DNA of 64,000 nt from Pachysolen tannophilus NRRL Y-2460 (taxonomy: Eukaryota). The stretch lies in the NCBI GenBank assembly GCA_001661245.1, contig KV454016.1, positions 990,268 through 1,054,267 on the forward strand. The letters run 5' to 3'. Shown here in pieces: positions 12,406 to 24,274 of this stretch (its first letter is position 1; each line of letters begins with the position of its first letter). The position numbers were made by a program, and so were the translations under genes. Below the pieces are notes generated by a model that worked only from the letters and a program-made list of their open reading frames with translations, was not told where the DNA came from and made no database searches.

Positions 12406-15400
12406 ATGCCAGTTGAATATAAGTCTGGGGAAACCGCTGAAGAGGCTCGTCTCTTGGAATTCAAAAATCGAACCAAACATTGGAAACATTTTGGACCTTA
12501 TCTTTCAGAGAGAAGTTGGGCCACTGTTAGAGAAGATTATAGCGCTTCTGGAGACGCGTGGACTGATTTTACTTTCGATCAATCAAGATCGAGGGTGTAT
12601 AGGTGGTCGGAGGATGGTATTGCAGGGGTAAGTGACACGCATCTGTTGGTATGTCTTTCTTTAGCTTTTTGGAATGAAGAAGATGAAATCTTGAAAGAAA
12701 AATTATTTGGTGTTACGGGTCCTCAGGGAAATCATGGTGAGGATGTAAAAGAGATATACTATTATTTAGATAATACTCCAACTCATTCATATATGAAGTA
12801 TTTGTATAAATATCCACAGGGAAAATTCCCTTATGAACAATTGGTTGAAGAAAATGCAAAAAGATCTAGAGAAGAGAAAGAATATGAATTGATCGATACT
12901 GGAATTTTTAATGAAAATAAATATTTTGATATTGTCTTTGAAATGGCAAAAGATGACGATGACCCAGAAGAATTATATTTCCGTATCACGGCTTATAACA
13001 GAAGTTCTTCTCCAGCACCACTTCATATTTGCCCTACTATTCTTTTCAGAAATACATGGTCATGGGGAATCCAAGAGGAGAAAGATCATGAGAAACCAAA
13101 TTTATCAAAAGAATTTAAAGATAGTGATTATTGCATTAAATTGGATCATTGGAAGTTTGGTAACAAGAGGTTGATTTTTGCACCATCTCCTGGATTTAAT
13201 GATGATTCTTTAGATATAGAACCAAAATTATTATTTACAGATAACGAAACAAATACCGAAAGATTATACAAACAAAAAAATAAATCAAAATATGTAAAAG
13301 ATGCATTTCATGAGTATATTGTTGATGAAAAAAAAGATGCCATTAATCCGGAAAATTTTGGTACAAAAGCTTGTGGATGGTTTTCATTCAATGAAAATGG
13401 TGGAGTACCTCCTGGTGATTACGTCACAATTAGATATAAGCTTTGTTCTACAGAAAAGGAAAATGAAATTGATGAAGAAGCCTTTGATAACTTATTTGAA
13501 AGAAGACAAGGTGAAGCGGATGAATTTTACTGGAGGGTCACTCCATTGCCTTTAAGTGATGAATTGAGAAATGTCCAAAGACAAGCATTTGCCGGAATGT
13601 TGTGGACAAAACAATATTATCATTTTATCCATGATTATTGGTACCATGGTGATGCTGCAGCCCCTATCAAACCAGTTCCAGATAGAGCAAATGGTAGAAA
13701 CAAAGAATGGAAGCACTTGTATATTGATGATATCTTATCTATGCCAGATAAGTGGGAATATCCTTTTTTCGCTGCTTGGGATACTGCTTTTCATTGTATT
13801 CCATTGGCAATGATTGATCCTGATTTCTCCAAAAAACAACTAGATCTATTAACGAGAGAATGGTATATGCATCCTAACGGCCAGATCCCTGCTTATGAAT
13901 GGAACTTTGGTGATGTTAACCCGCCTGTTCATGCTTGGGCTGCTTTTAGAATTTTCAAAATTGAAAGAAAAATGTACGGTATTGAAGATATTGATTTTTT
14001 GGAACGGGTCTTTCAAAAACTTTTGTTAAACTTCACTTGGTGGGTTAATAGAAAAGATGCAGATGGTAATAATGTTTTTGAAGGTGGATTTTTAGGTTTA
14101 GATAATATTGGTATTTTTAATAGATCAGAACCATTACCTACTGGCGGAGTTTTAGAACAAGCCGATTCCACTGGTTGGATGGCTTTTTTTTGTTTACAAA
14201 TGTTAAATATTGCCTTGGAATTAGCTAAAAAAAGGCATGTCTATGAAGATATTGCTTCAAAATTTTTTGAGCATTTCTTATTGATTTCAGAGGCAATGAC
14301 TTTTAGAAATAGTTCTAAAGATGAAGCAGAAGTAACTGTAAAATCTTTATGGAACGAGGAAGATCAATTTTACTACGATGCTATATCATGGGGTGACCCT
14401 TGGAAGCAACAGCTTCCCATTAGATCTCTTGTTGGACTTATTCCATTATATGCCTGTTTAACCTTAGAACCTGATATCTTAGCTAAATTTCCTTCTTTCA
14501 AGAAAAGATTGGACTGGTTTATCGATAAGAGAAGAGATATTGCGGAACGTAATATTGCTTCAATGGAGTCCCGTGGTGTTGGGGAAAGGTTATTGTTAGC
14601 ATTGGTAGACAAACACAGGCTTATTGCAATTTTGGAGAAAATGTTGGATGAAGATGAGTTTTTGTCACCATACGGTATCAGATCGTTATCAAAATACCAT
14701 GAGAAGCATCCTTTTGAAATGAACGTTAATGGTAAGGACTATAAAGTTGAATATCTTTCTGGTGAATCTGACTCTGGTCTATTTGGTGGAAATTCCTCTT
14801 GGAGAGGTCCAGTTTGGTTTCCTACAAATTTTTTATTAATAGAATCTTTACAACGTTTTTACTTGTATTATGGTCCTTCATTAAAAGTTGAATGTCCTAA
14901 AGGTTCAGGTCAAATGTTAAATCTTGCACAGGTTGCGGAGGAAATCCAACAACGTTTAATTCATTTGTTTGTCCCGGATAAGAATGGTGAAAGGGCTTGT
15001 AACGGTGGAGATGATTTGACAAACCATGATGAAAACTTTAGGGATTGTGTTTTCTTTTATGAATATTTTGATGGTGACACTGGCCGAGGTTTAGGGGCAT
15101 CACATCAGTGTGGATGGACTGGAATTGTTTCAAAATTGATTCAAGATGTCGGTGTGTTGTGTAGGTTCCCCAAGACTCCTCGTAGTTCTAATTCGATTGT
15201 TTCTTCAAATATCGAAGCAGAAGAGGCTCAATATGAAATAATGGTTGATGATATTGATGAAGAGAATGGACGCCGTTTAAAGAATTTTCTTCCTAAATCT
15301 CCATTTTTGGGTGTCTTGGGAAGACGTCGTTCAGGTAAGTCAATGTTGAACCTAACTACTCAGGCACTTGAGATGACAGATGAAGAAGCAAAGACAGTTG

Positions 15401-15657
15401 GTAAGAATGGATTTCCTGGGTTATCAAGATATAATAGCGTCGCTACTGTAAATAGTGATAATGCCAATTTGTCCAGACAAACTACAAAGAGTTCTGCACA
15501 TAGCACTACTAGTGAAGCTGAAGGGGTTTCTGGTCACAACAACTTAGGGTTGATTCATCAAATCAGGCAGGCAATGAAAAATTATAAGATTAAGGGCAAC
15601 AAAGATGATGATGATCAAGGATACATCTCAAGTGATGAACTTGAGGCGCATACTTAG
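12406..15657 (+). CDS. YMR196W-like glycoside hydrolase (GH63-like alpha/alpha-barrel)
   Basis: WKHFGPYLSERSWATVREDYS, MPDKWEYPFFAAWDTAFH, GLGASHQCGWT; adjacent to VTI1. Confidence 0.85.
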   Translation: MPVEYKSGETAEEARLLEFKNRTKHWKHFGPYLSERSWATVREDYSASGDAWTDFTFDQSRSRVYRWSEDGIAGVSDTHLLVCLSLAFWNEEDEILKEKLFGVTGPQGNHGEDVKEIYYYLDNTPTHSYMKYLYKYPQGKFPYEQLVEENAKRSREEKEYELIDTGIFNENKYFDIVFEMAKDDDDPEELYFRITAYNRSSSPAPLHICPTILFRNTWSWGIQEEKDHEKPNLSKEFKDSDYCIKLDHWKFGNKRLIFAPSPGFNDDSLDIEPKLLFTDNETNTERLYKQKNKSKYVKDAFHEYIVDEKKDAINPENFGTKACGWFSFNENGGVPPGDYVTIRYKLCSTEKENEIDEEAFDNLFERRQGEADEFYWRVTPLPLSDELRNVQRQAFAGMLWTKQYYHFIHDYWYHGDAAAPIKPVPDRANGRNKEWKHLYIDDILSMPDKWEYPFFAAWDTAFHCIPLAMIDPDFSKKQLDLLTREWYMHPNGQIPAYEWNFGDVNPPVHAWAAFRIFKIERKMYGIEDIDFLERVFQKLLLNFTWWVNRKDADGNNVFEGGFLGLDNIGIFNRSEPLPTGGVLEQADSTGWMAFFCLQMLNIALELAKKRHVYEDIASKFFEHFLLISEAMTFRNSSKDEAEVTVKSLWNEEDQFYYDAISWGDPWKQQLPIRSLVGLIPLYACLTLEPDILAKFPSFKKRLDWFIDKRRDIAERNIASMESRGVGERLLLALVDKHRLIAILEKMLDEDEFLSPYGIRSLSKYHEKHPFEMNVNGKDYKVEYLSGESDSGLFGGNSSWRGPVWFPTNFLLIESLQRFYLYYGPSLKVECPKGSGQMLNLAQVAEEIQQRLIHLFVPDKNGERACNGGDDLTNHDENFRDCVFFYEYFDGDTGRGLGASHQCGWTGIVSKLIQDVGVLCRFPKTPRSSNSIVSSNIEAEEAQYEIMVDDIDEENGRRLKNFLPKSPFLGVLGRRRSGKSMLNLTTQALEMTDEEAKTVGKNGFPGLSRYNSVATVNSDNANLSRQTTKSSAHSTTSEAEGVSGHNNLGLIHQIRQAMKNYKIKGNKDDDDQGYISSDELEAHT

Positions 15658-15913
15658 TATAGCTTTTTTTTTTTCCTTCTTTCTTTTGACAAGAGAGAGA
15701 GAGTATTTGGTCTATTTTTATTTATTATCATGGGTATTTCGTTTAAATCTTTTCTTTTTTTTTTTCTTTTTTTAAAAAAAAAAATTTAACAACATATATT
15801 AATTAATAAGATCTAAAAATAAATTGCTTATAATTTTGAAAAAAATTGAAAAGAAATAAAGAATACCAGTACTCGTAAATAATAATCAAAGAAAAAAGAA
15901 GAAAAGAAAAAAG

Positions 15914-16691
15914 TCACCAAAATTTACTTATAAGAACCAAAACTATTAATAATATTAAAACTGCAATGATGGCATAAGTGATTAATTTGTTTGCAGCCAT
16001 TCTTCTTGTCATTGTTTTTATTGTTTTAATACTTTTATCGACATAATTATCAGCTTCACTTAATGTATTTCTAGAATTTGTAATTTGTTCTCGTTGACTT
16101 CTTAAATCGTTCAAGATATTAGCTCCTATATCTTCTGTTTCCAATGCTATTCTAGAGCTATCTCTTAATCTTTCAGAAGATCTTTCTAAAGACAGATTAT
16201 TTGATAATAACAGTTGACGTTGATCATCCAGTAAATTTCCTGAAACACCACCATCTCTATAGTAATTACTTCCAAAAAGGTTTCTCTTATCTTCATCATC
16301 CATTAATTTTTTCAAACTTTGTTTCAAATAATCTGTATCTTTTTGATATGTTCTCAATTTAGAATTATAAGTAGATCTATGTTGAGTTGATATATTTTGA
16401 ATTTCTATATTCATTTGGTCTATTATTTCATAACATTCGTCCATTGATTTTTCCACATCTCTCATTGCTAATCTTCTTGGTTCTATAACAAAGGCAAATC
16501 AAATAAAAGCAAAAAAAAAAAAAAAAAACCGTTTCTGTTAGTAAAAAAATTCATTGTATTATTTATACTTTAATGATAATAATATACATACCACCATCAA
16601 GTTCCGATATTGATGATAATTTTGTTTGGGCTTCATTAAATGATAGCTTAAAATCAGCTTCATAACTATTAAACAAACTTGATTCCGACAT
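15914..16691 (-). CDS. VTI1: Qb-SNARE Vti1; exon1 16691-16592, intron 16591-16483, exon2 16482-15914
   Basis: GTATGT donor, TACTAAC branch (16537-16543), TAG acceptor; spliced MSESSLFNSYEADF...LDGEPRRLAMRDVEK; SNARE motif and C-terminal TM. Confidence 0.92.
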
Positions 16692-17008
16692 TTCTCTTTA
16701 TTTTTTTTTCTTTTAAAATTATTATCAATATGAGTATTTCTGAAAATACCACCTGATAAAATCCGATTTATATATATAGAGATTAATAGATTAATAGATT
16801 AATAGATAGATAGATAGATTTATAATTATGACCAAAAGAGACATACAAACAGAAAAGTAAAAAAAAAATAAAAAAAAATTTTTTTTTCTTCTTTTTTTCT
16901 TTGTAAATTTCTGTCAATTTGTTCTATTTTATAGTAATAAATAATAATTAATATTATTATAATAGTTAAAGGATAGATAAGGCAGAAAAAAAAAAGGTTT
17001 GATTTAAG

Positions 17009-17539
17009 ATGTTTCGTAATTTGATATCAGGGTCATTTTCCCATGGAGGATTTATTAGAAATTTATCAATTATTAAGAATTATAATAATTCATGTATAAG
17101 GAGAAATAATACAATAGGAATAAAAAATAGAAATTTACATTATTCAGCGGTATTAATGCATGGACATTTGAAAAAACCTAAAAAAGGTGAAGAACTTCAT
17201 GTTACATTTATAACTAAAGAAGGTGATCAACATACTTATGAGGTTGCTGAAGGAGATTCATTATTGGATATTGCTCAAGCTAATAATTTAGATATGGAAG
17301 GTGCTTGTGGTGGATCTTGTGCATGTTCAACTTGTCATGTAATTGTTGATCCAGAATTTTATGATGAGATTCCAGAACCTTCAGATGATGAAAATGATAT
17401 GTTGGATTTAGCATTTGGATTGACTGAAACTTCAAGATTAGGTTGTCAGGTTTATATGGATAAAAAATTGGATGGTTTAAGAGTCGCACTACCTGCAATG
17501 ACTAGAAATTTACAGGTTGGTGACTTTAATAAAAATTAA
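17009..17539 (+). CDS. YAH1: Mitochondrial [2Fe-2S] ferredoxin
   Basis: EGACGGSCACSTCH, MLDLAFGLTETSRLGCQ, basic presequence. Confidence 0.95.
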   Translation: MFRNLISGSFSHGGFIRNLSIIKNYNNSCIRRNNTIGIKNRNLHYSAVLMHGHLKKPKKGEELHVTFITKEGDQHTYEVAEGDSLLDIAQANNLDMEGACGGSCACSTCHVIVDPEFYDEIPEPSDDENDMLDLAFGLTETSRLGCQVYMDKKLDGLRVALPAMTRNLQVGDFNKN

Positions 17540-18153
17540 TTAATTAATTAAATTTTTTTTAAAAAATTTTTGTGAGAGAGAAAAAGTAAAAGTAAATTAT
17601 TATTTTTTTTTTTTTTTTTTTTTTTTTCCTCGATTATATCTTTATATTTATTGTCATTTGTCATTTTATTTCATTATATTCTATTTCTATTATATTATAT
17701 TATATTTTTGTATATAGCACCAATTTGATTTGATTACTATATTGCTGGGCACGGCTAAGATCAATTGGTAAAGAAAAAAACCGAAAATTTAAAAAAGTAG
17801 TGTCACAATGACTCAACAAATAGTAAACAGCCCTGAAACTCTTGAATTTTAATAAAAAAAACGTTTAGGGGCTGGAAATACAACTGGGGCTGTATGTAAT
17901 TTTCAAATTAAGGGCTGTGTACGTTTTTTTTTGTATCTTTTTAAGGGCTGTTTCTTTATCTTGATGTGTTGATGTTTTTTTTTATTTTTTATTTCTATAT
18001 GTAAACAGAGATGTAACGGCGTCTAATTTATAAAAAATATCTATTTAATTTGAACAAGAATTATTATTACTTGTGGTGGTTCTAGTTATTCTCGGGAAGG
18101 GAATTTTTCATATTCTTGTTTTGGCTGCTGCTGGTCATATTTCTATAACTGAT

Positions 18154-20124
18154 ATGATGAATATAGGGAAGGAAATGAGTGGCAAGAGTGTTTTAAAAGA
18201 TATAACTAATAAACAAGGTACCGCTGAACAAGTGGATAAACGTGTTAGCTTAAAAAAAAGGAAAATTGCTCTTACACCTTCAACTTCGAATTTACAAGAA
18301 CCTAAATTTACGTTACCAAAGGCTCCACGGATTAAAAATTGTTCTAATGTTGCTGATAAAGATGAGATTGTTATTACTGGTGATGAATTAATACAAGATA
18401 GAATTAAAAAATTTGAATTTTTTTATAATGAACAAATTAATGAAAAAAATCAACAATTAACAAGTTTTAATAATGATTTTTTAAATTTAAAAGAAAAATA
18501 TGAAGAATTAAATAATGAAATTAATATTTTAAGAAATTCAATTAAAATTTTTAAAGAAAAAATTTTTGAATTAGAAATGGAAATTAATGATTTAATTCAA
18601 TTAATACTGAATCAAAATATAAAAAATTTAAATTATTTTCAAAAAAATGAAAAAATTTTAAAATTAGAATTTAAAAAATTTGAATATGATCTTATAAAAG
18701 AATATGATAATTTAAAACAAAAATTAGATGAAGAATATAATAATTTATTAAAAGATTATAAAGATAATAAGATAGAATCTGAAATTGAAATTTTTAAAAA
18801 AAATTTACAAAAAATAAAATTAGAGAAAGATAAAGTGTTAATTTATTTACAAAAACAAGAACTGAATTATGAAAAAATTTTTGAAATAAAGATAAAAGAA
18901 AAAGAAGAATTATTATTAACTTTACAAATTAATCAAAATAATAATAAAAATGAAAAATGTTTAAAATTAATGAAGGAAATCTCATCTTTAAATGATATTA
19001 AAAATGAAAAAAAATTTAAAATTGAACATTTAACAAAGATACTTGATAATTATAATGGGAAAATTAATTTAGTTAAAGATTCAAATCAAAAATTAATAAA
19101 AAATTTTGAAAAATTAAATAATGAAAATTTATTAATTGAAGATAAATTAAATAAAGCTAATTCAACTCTTTGTGAAACTAAAAAATTTTATAATGAAAAA
19201 TTAGATAAACTTAATTTAGATTCATTTAAAAATCAAAATTTTTTATATCAAATTCAAGAATTAAATGGGAAATTAAGAGTTTATGTTAATATTAACAAAA
19301 ATGACAACAATGGGAGAGTAATAAACATTATATCAGATGAAGAGCAAGTGGGAAAAGATGCTGTTTCATTATCACATGAATTATTTAAATTTGACAAAAT
19401 ATACAACTCTGAATCTCCTGAAAACATAGATATGGCTAATGACTTATGTTGTATCATAAAAAATTCATTGTTAAATTCTACAGCTGCATCATTTATTGTA
19501 ATGGGAGAAAACTATAATAATCATAATAATTGTTTATTCAATCAGATGTTAATCAAAAGTGTTGATATCTTACAAAATAAAAAGACAAATTTTACCTCTT
19601 CCGATGGTAAAATACTAAATATAATCAAGTTGGAATTACAATCAATCATTATTTCAAATAATAACAATAAAGATAGATTCAATAATAACCACCCGATAAT
19701 ACATGATTTTTCATCTTTGAGTACTTTAAATTCAAAAAAATTGGTTATTGAATCATTACCGCTGTTGAAAGAAGTTTTATTATTGGAAAAAACTCTTGAA
19801 AACGAAGATACCATAATTTTGAGAAGACTAACAATTACAACGGTAAAGGATAAAAATGATATCCATATTAAAACTTGTTTAAATTTCACAAATTTATCTT
19901 CATTTATGTTTCAGAAGAATCAGCTAAAGTTAATAATTACTGATCAGCTCTCATCAACAAATAATGCTCAACACACATTAATTAGAACCTTATATAAACA
20001 TTCAAAAACCTTGAGTATATTAAACTTGAACAATATTTCAGATTCTGAGATGTGTGATTGGTTGCGGTTTGGTCAAGAGTTAAATGATATTAACTCTCCT
20101 TGTCTGAAGGATTGTATTGAATGA
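18154..20124 (+). CDS. Kar3-associated protein, Cik1/Vik1-like (coiled coil plus degenerate motor-homology domain)
   Basis: Long coiled coil, IQELNGKLRVYV neck-like motif, FKFDKIY; lies between YAH1 and HFI1 like VIK1; first ATG at 18154. Confidence 0.65.
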   Translation: MMNIGKEMSGKSVLKDITNKQGTAEQVDKRVSLKKRKIALTPSTSNLQEPKFTLPKAPRIKNCSNVADKDEIVITGDELIQDRIKKFEFFYNEQINEKNQQLTSFNNDFLNLKEKYEELNNEINILRNSIKIFKEKIFELEMEINDLIQLILNQNIKNLNYFQKNEKILKLEFKKFEYDLIKEYDNLKQKLDEEYNNLLKDYKDNKIESEIEIFKKNLQKIKLEKDKVLIYLQKQELNYEKIFEIKIKEKEELLLTLQINQNNNKNEKCLKLMKEISSLNDIKNEKKFKIEHLTKILDNYNGKINLVKDSNQKLIKNFEKLNNENLLIEDKLNKANSTLCETKKFYNEKLDKLNLDSFKNQNFLYQIQELNGKLRVYVNINKNDNNGRVINIISDEEQVGKDAVSLSHELFKFDKIYNSESPENIDMANDLCCIIKNSLLNSTAASFIVMGENYNNHNNCLFNQMLIKSVDILQNKKTNFTSSDGKILNIIKLELQSIIISNNNNKDRFNNNHPIIHDFSSLSTLNSKKLVIESLPLLKEVLLLEKTLENEDTIILRRLTITTVKDKNDIHIKTCLNFTNLSSFMFQKNQLKLIITDQLSSTNNAQHTLIRTLYKHSKTLSILNLNNISDSEMCDWLRFGQELNDINSPCLKDCIE

Positions 20125-20362
20125 TCAGTTATAATTTTCATTTTTCTATATACTTCTTCAAAAGTTTTATTGTATAGGTTTTTTTTTTATTAGGAATTAA
20201 ACTAAAAATATAATAAAATATGTGGTAAGTTGTCATTAGTCTTAAGTTAATAGGATTCAAAGAAGATGAAATAATAAAAAAAAAGAAAAAAAAATGAAAG
20301 AAAAGAAGTACGTAAAACCTATACAAGCTTCCTGTGATTTTTATATTTTAAACATGAGGTAA

Positions 20363-22045
20363 TTAATTTGAAGTTAAAAGATCATGAATGATCCAGTTCA
20401 ATTCATCCTTTGTACCCAACTCAACGTCTGCACCATTTTTGGCTCCCGAATCATTGATCTTATTTTGTGGAGATTGTGAGAAAGATCCTTTCTGAGACAG
20501 ACGATTCATATCATGATTATAAAAGTTACTGAGATTTGATCCGCTATTACTATTATTATTATTAACAATATTATTATCTCCGCTACTCACACCGCTCCCA
20601 TTTCGTTGTACTTTCTCCAAACTTTCTGAACTATTATTTTGTTGTAAACGCAGACCAATCCCAGGCACAATTTCTTCAGCACGCTTAAAGTTTCCGTTAC
20701 TAGAATTATCAATCTTAGCTCTAGGTCTCAAAATATCTTCAATTCCAGACCTTGCTTGACGATTCATGCCACCTAGTCTCGTACTATTATCATCCAATAG
20801 TTCATTGATGTAATCATCATCTTCGTTCTGGTCGTCGAGCAAAACATTTTGTAGCCTCATATGTGCACCATTTGGTTCAATTAAATGGGGTAGTTGCTCT
20901 AAAGTGTCAAACATATCTTCTAGTGTCAATACAAACTTCTTTTTATTATTTTTCTTCTTTCTTTCCAAGTCTTCGGTACTATTTTTCCTATTGTTATTAT
21001 TACTATCCATTTCAATAAGCTCATTCCTATCATACCTTTTCCTTCTATATTTAGAGACATCGATTGCTGCTTCTACAAGAGTTTTGAGATGAATCTCTAA
21101 CCCAAGCAACATTATGTTTACAACTTTCTCATCTAAGGCTCCAATCAACCCACACTCTCTAGATATGGCCAACATACGCGTCTTCAACGTTTCCATATCA
21201 GGGATTTCAAAACTCTCACTTGAAAGCAATGTCTGAAAGCCATTCACTATATCTTGTGTCCACTGAACAGTGTTGCCTTGAGAAGCAGAAGGAACCGAGC
21301 TACTACTTCCATTATTACCGTTATTATTATTAATATTATTGTTATTGTTGTTGTTGTTGGTGTTGTTAATGTTATTATTGTTATTATTGTTATTATTATT
21401 ATTATTACCACTAACTCCACTGTTAATAGTATTGTTGTCCTTATTTGATACAACGGGTATTTTTGGCAATAAGCTCTGTCTTGTCAATGTCATCGAAGAT
21501 GTAATCATCATTTTCTTACCTGATTCTCTCGTTATGGACTTCAATCTTCTCCTTTCCTTTATAGGCAATGCCATAATATCTTTTTTAATCCTTTCATATT
21601 GTGAATTATTTTTCCGTTTTTGTTTCCTATAATTCGAGCCTCCAAATCCAACTGAAGATAGTCCCACCACTGGTCCATCTCTGAACGCGTTGGTTAAGTT
21701 TATGAGTAATAATTGATTGTGCATTCTTGTAGTCACTTTATCCTTTAGTATAACTTGCAATTCTGCCATCAACTCCTTTCTCGAGATTTTCCCCAATAAA
21801 AATAAGCAAAGACATGTCTGATACCTATCCCAGTTCTCTCCCAACTTTTTCTGAAACTCTAATAATGATTTGTCAACTTCTATTCTTTTTGATAATATCG
21901 GTACATTATTTTTCAATGTATTCTTTGATGTCTGTTGAGATTGTTGAATCAGCGTTTGTTGCTGCTGTAAATGATTACCAAGCGGACCTGCTTTCATATT
22001 ACTTATTGGACTTCCCCCTGCACTCAGTGTAAGAGACGGAGCCAT
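20363..22045 (-). CDS. HFI1: SAGA subunit Hfi1/Ada1
   Basis: FQKKLGENWDRYQ..LFLLGKISRKEL, MHNQLLL, LKTRMLAISRECGL histone-fold region. Confidence 0.85.
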   Translation of the reverse strand: MAPSLTLSAGGSPISNMKAGPLGNHLQQQQTLIQQSQQTSKNTLKNNVPILSKRIEVDKSLLEFQKKLGENWDRYQTCLCLFLLGKISRKELMAELQVILKDKVTTRMHNQLLLINLTNAFRDGPVVGLSSVGFGGSNYRKQKRKNNSQYERIKKDIMALPIKERRRLKSITRESGKKMMITSSMTLTRQSLLPKIPVVSNKDNNTINSGVSGNNNNNNNNNNNNINNTNNNNNNNNINNNNGNNGSSSSVPSASQGNTVQWTQDIVNGFQTLLSSESFEIPDMETLKTRMLAISRECGLIGALDEKVVNIMLLGLEIHLKTLVEAAIDVSKYRRKRYDRNELIEMDSNNNNRKNSTEDLERKKKNNKKKFVLTLEDMFDTLEQLPHLIEPNGAHMRLQNVLLDDQNEDDDYINELLDDNSTRLGGMNRQARSGIEDILRPRAKIDNSSNGNFKRAEEIVPGIGLRLQQNNSSESLEKVQRNGSGVSSGDNNIVNNNNSNSGSNLSNFYNHDMNRLSQKGSFSQSPQNKINDSGAKNGADVELGTKDELNWIIHDLLTSN

Positions 22046-22510
22046 ATTTCTCAACTTAATACTTTAAATAAATTCTTGAATTTGAAAAATTAAAGATTTT
22101 TTTCATCTATCCAAGGTACAGAATAAAATATAATAAAAAAAAAAAAAAATAAAACACCCACAAACTCTAACTAAAAATCAAACAAAGCTAAAGAAAAAAC
22201 CAAAAGCACACAATTGATTCTCACTTCTGATTACTCTTCAAACCTGATTATAACAGATGATTGATTATAGAAATATTATTGTTAATATCGTCTTCACCAT
22301 TTATAATATTTGTATATATTACCATTCTTTTTTCAACCCAAATTTCTTCAACTTCTTTTTGAGTTAGAACACACTACAAAATTTTACTTAGTTTTAACGT
22401 TAAAGACTACGACGACGACAACGATGAAGACGAAGACGACGAAGACGATCAAGACGATCTAGATGGAAAGGTCGAGGTTTACATAAAGATGTCGAAATCA
22501 CTTTATATTC

Positions 22511-22542
<32 letters not shown>

Positions 22543-22561
22543 GTAATTAATTAATTAATGC

Positions 22562-24274
22562 TCAGTATCGCTTTATAGGAGAACTAGAAAAAATGTTCTT
22601 TAAATCACTATTAAATCCAGTTAAATCATTATCAGCCTTTCCTGCATCGTATGATAAGTCAGGTAATGAATAATCAGTTCTATCAAAATCCTTAATGTCG
22701 TTCCTCTTGTTATAATAATCGTTACGATTGTTATTCAATCCTCTTAAAGGTGACCTAGAATAATTTGTGCTTTTCTGTTTCAAATCGTTTATACTTTGAA
22801 TACTATATGGTCTTCTTTTTCTTTCATCTTTTATATTAAATGTGTTTGTTAATTCATAACTATTTTCCTTTCCAAAGTCTGTTTGTATATTAGTTCTTGC
22901 TGAAGGTCTGTAGCTACTATTATTGATTTCAATTTTCGGTTTAGGCACCCATTTGTTAAAATCTTTTTGTTTCTCATCATCTGTATTTATGGTACTATAT
23001 TTTTTCAGTAAAGCTAAAATTGAATCATCATCATTATTTTTTTTATTATTTGATCTTGATCTTGATGTAGGGATATATTTGTCTTTTCTTGATAATTCAG
23101 ATTCATAAAATTCTTTAAGTTTTTCATTTTCTAAATTTAAATCAAAAATTTTTTCTTTTAAATTTTGAATTTCAATTTTGGAAGTATTTTTAATATCATT
23201 AATTTGAAATTCTAATCTTTCAATTTTTGAAGATAATTTTTTTTTTTCAAAAACAATTGTATTATTATCAAGATTATTTTTTGAAGATTTAATTTTTTGT
23301 AATTCATTTTGTAAAAAAATTGATTTTTCAGATAATTTTGAATTTTCTGATAATAATCCATTATTTGAAGTTTTTAATCTTAAATTTTGATTTTTATATT
23401 CTAATATAGTTGTTTTTAAATCATCTCTTTGTGATATCATTTTTTTCAAATTATTTTCCAGTTCTTCTAATCTTCTTGATTTTGATAACATTATTCTTTT
23501 TGTTTTATCTAATTCTTGTTTAAGTTGATCTTCATTTTTTAAATCATTTTCATGATTTTCAATTTCAATTTCTTTTAATTGTTTTTTCAAATTTTTATAT
23601 TTTTGAATAATTTGAAGAAATGCTTCATAAATTTTTTTAGAATTATATAATTCATTTGCATAATTTTTTTTCAAATTTGAATATAATTTTACTTGTTCTC
23701 TATCATTAATCATTTCAAAATGTTGTTGTTCAAATAATTGTTTTAAGACATTATTTGTTTCTCTTGTTTGTACTATACAATTTTTTAAAACTTCAATTTC
23801 ATTTAAAAAATTTCCATTACTATTATTATTATTATTATCATTTTTAGATTTAAATTCTGGGAAAGTTCCAGGTAATTTATTATTAAAATTATTTTTCCCA
23901 TAATCTGTTAAAGTTATACTTTTAATTGTTTCATTTATTTCATCATCTGAATCATACATCGAATCACTTGAAGGAGATCTTGAACCCCAATTAACTGATT
24001 TTCTTGGACCATTATTTGTGAAAAACCGCCGTACTGATTGATTTTCATCGTTTTCATAATCATTATATGGAAATTGTATACCATCATCTAAATTTTTTGA
24101 TTTTTTTGAAGAAACTCCTGATGATCCAAAAATCGTATTAAACGCTCTTGAAAATAACCCATTTTTATAACTGGGTGTTGGCGGTATAAGTTGATCATCT
24201 GAAAATGAATTTATTGTTGATTGATTCAAAGTATTTATAGTTAAATCATCATTTTGATTATTTGACCAAAACAT
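22562..24274 (-). CDS. BBP1: Spindle pole body component Bbp1-like coiled-coil protein
   Basis: GLFSRAFNTIFG and LPGTFP motifs, long coiled coil; lies between HFI1 and a CLN gene. Confidence 0.6.
   Translation of the reverse strand: MFWSNNQNDDLTINTLNQSTINSFSDDQLIPPTPSYKNGLFSRAFNTIFGSSGVSSKKSKNLDDGIQFPYNDYENDENQSVRRFFTNNGPRKSVNWGSRSPSSDSMYDSDDEINETIKSITLTDYGKNNFNNKLPGTFPEFKSKNDNNNNNSNGNFLNEIEVLKNCIVQTRETNNVLKQLFEQQHFEMINDREQVKLYSNLKKNYANELYNSKKIYEAFLQIIQKYKNLKKQLKEIEIENHENDLKNEDQLKQELDKTKRIMLSKSRRLEELENNLKKMISQRDDLKTTILEYKNQNLRLKTSNNGLLSENSKLSEKSIFLQNELQKIKSSKNNLDNNTIVFEKKKLSSKIERLEFQINDIKNTSKIEIQNLKEKIFDLNLENEKLKEFYESELSRKDKYIPTSRSRSNNKKNNDDDSILALLKKYSTINTDDEKQKDFNKWVPKPKIEINNSSYRPSARTNIQTDFGKENSYELTNTFNIKDERKRRPYSIQSINDLKQKSTNYSRSPLRGLNNNRNDYYNKRNDIKDFDRTDYSLPDLSYDAGKADNDLTGFNSDLKNIFSSSPIKRY

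Noticed and set aside
18400..19300. Extremely AT-rich coding tract (also 23030-23900) suggesting foreign or mitochondrial DNA
   Set aside because: In frame within K/N/E/I-rich coiled-coil genes in expected syntenic positions; compositional bias only.
22405..22460. GAC/GAA repeat reading as acidic DYDDDNDEDED (FLAG-like)
   Set aside because: No in-frame ATG upstream (stop at 22360) and it is not DYKDDDDK; an intergenic trinucleotide repeat.
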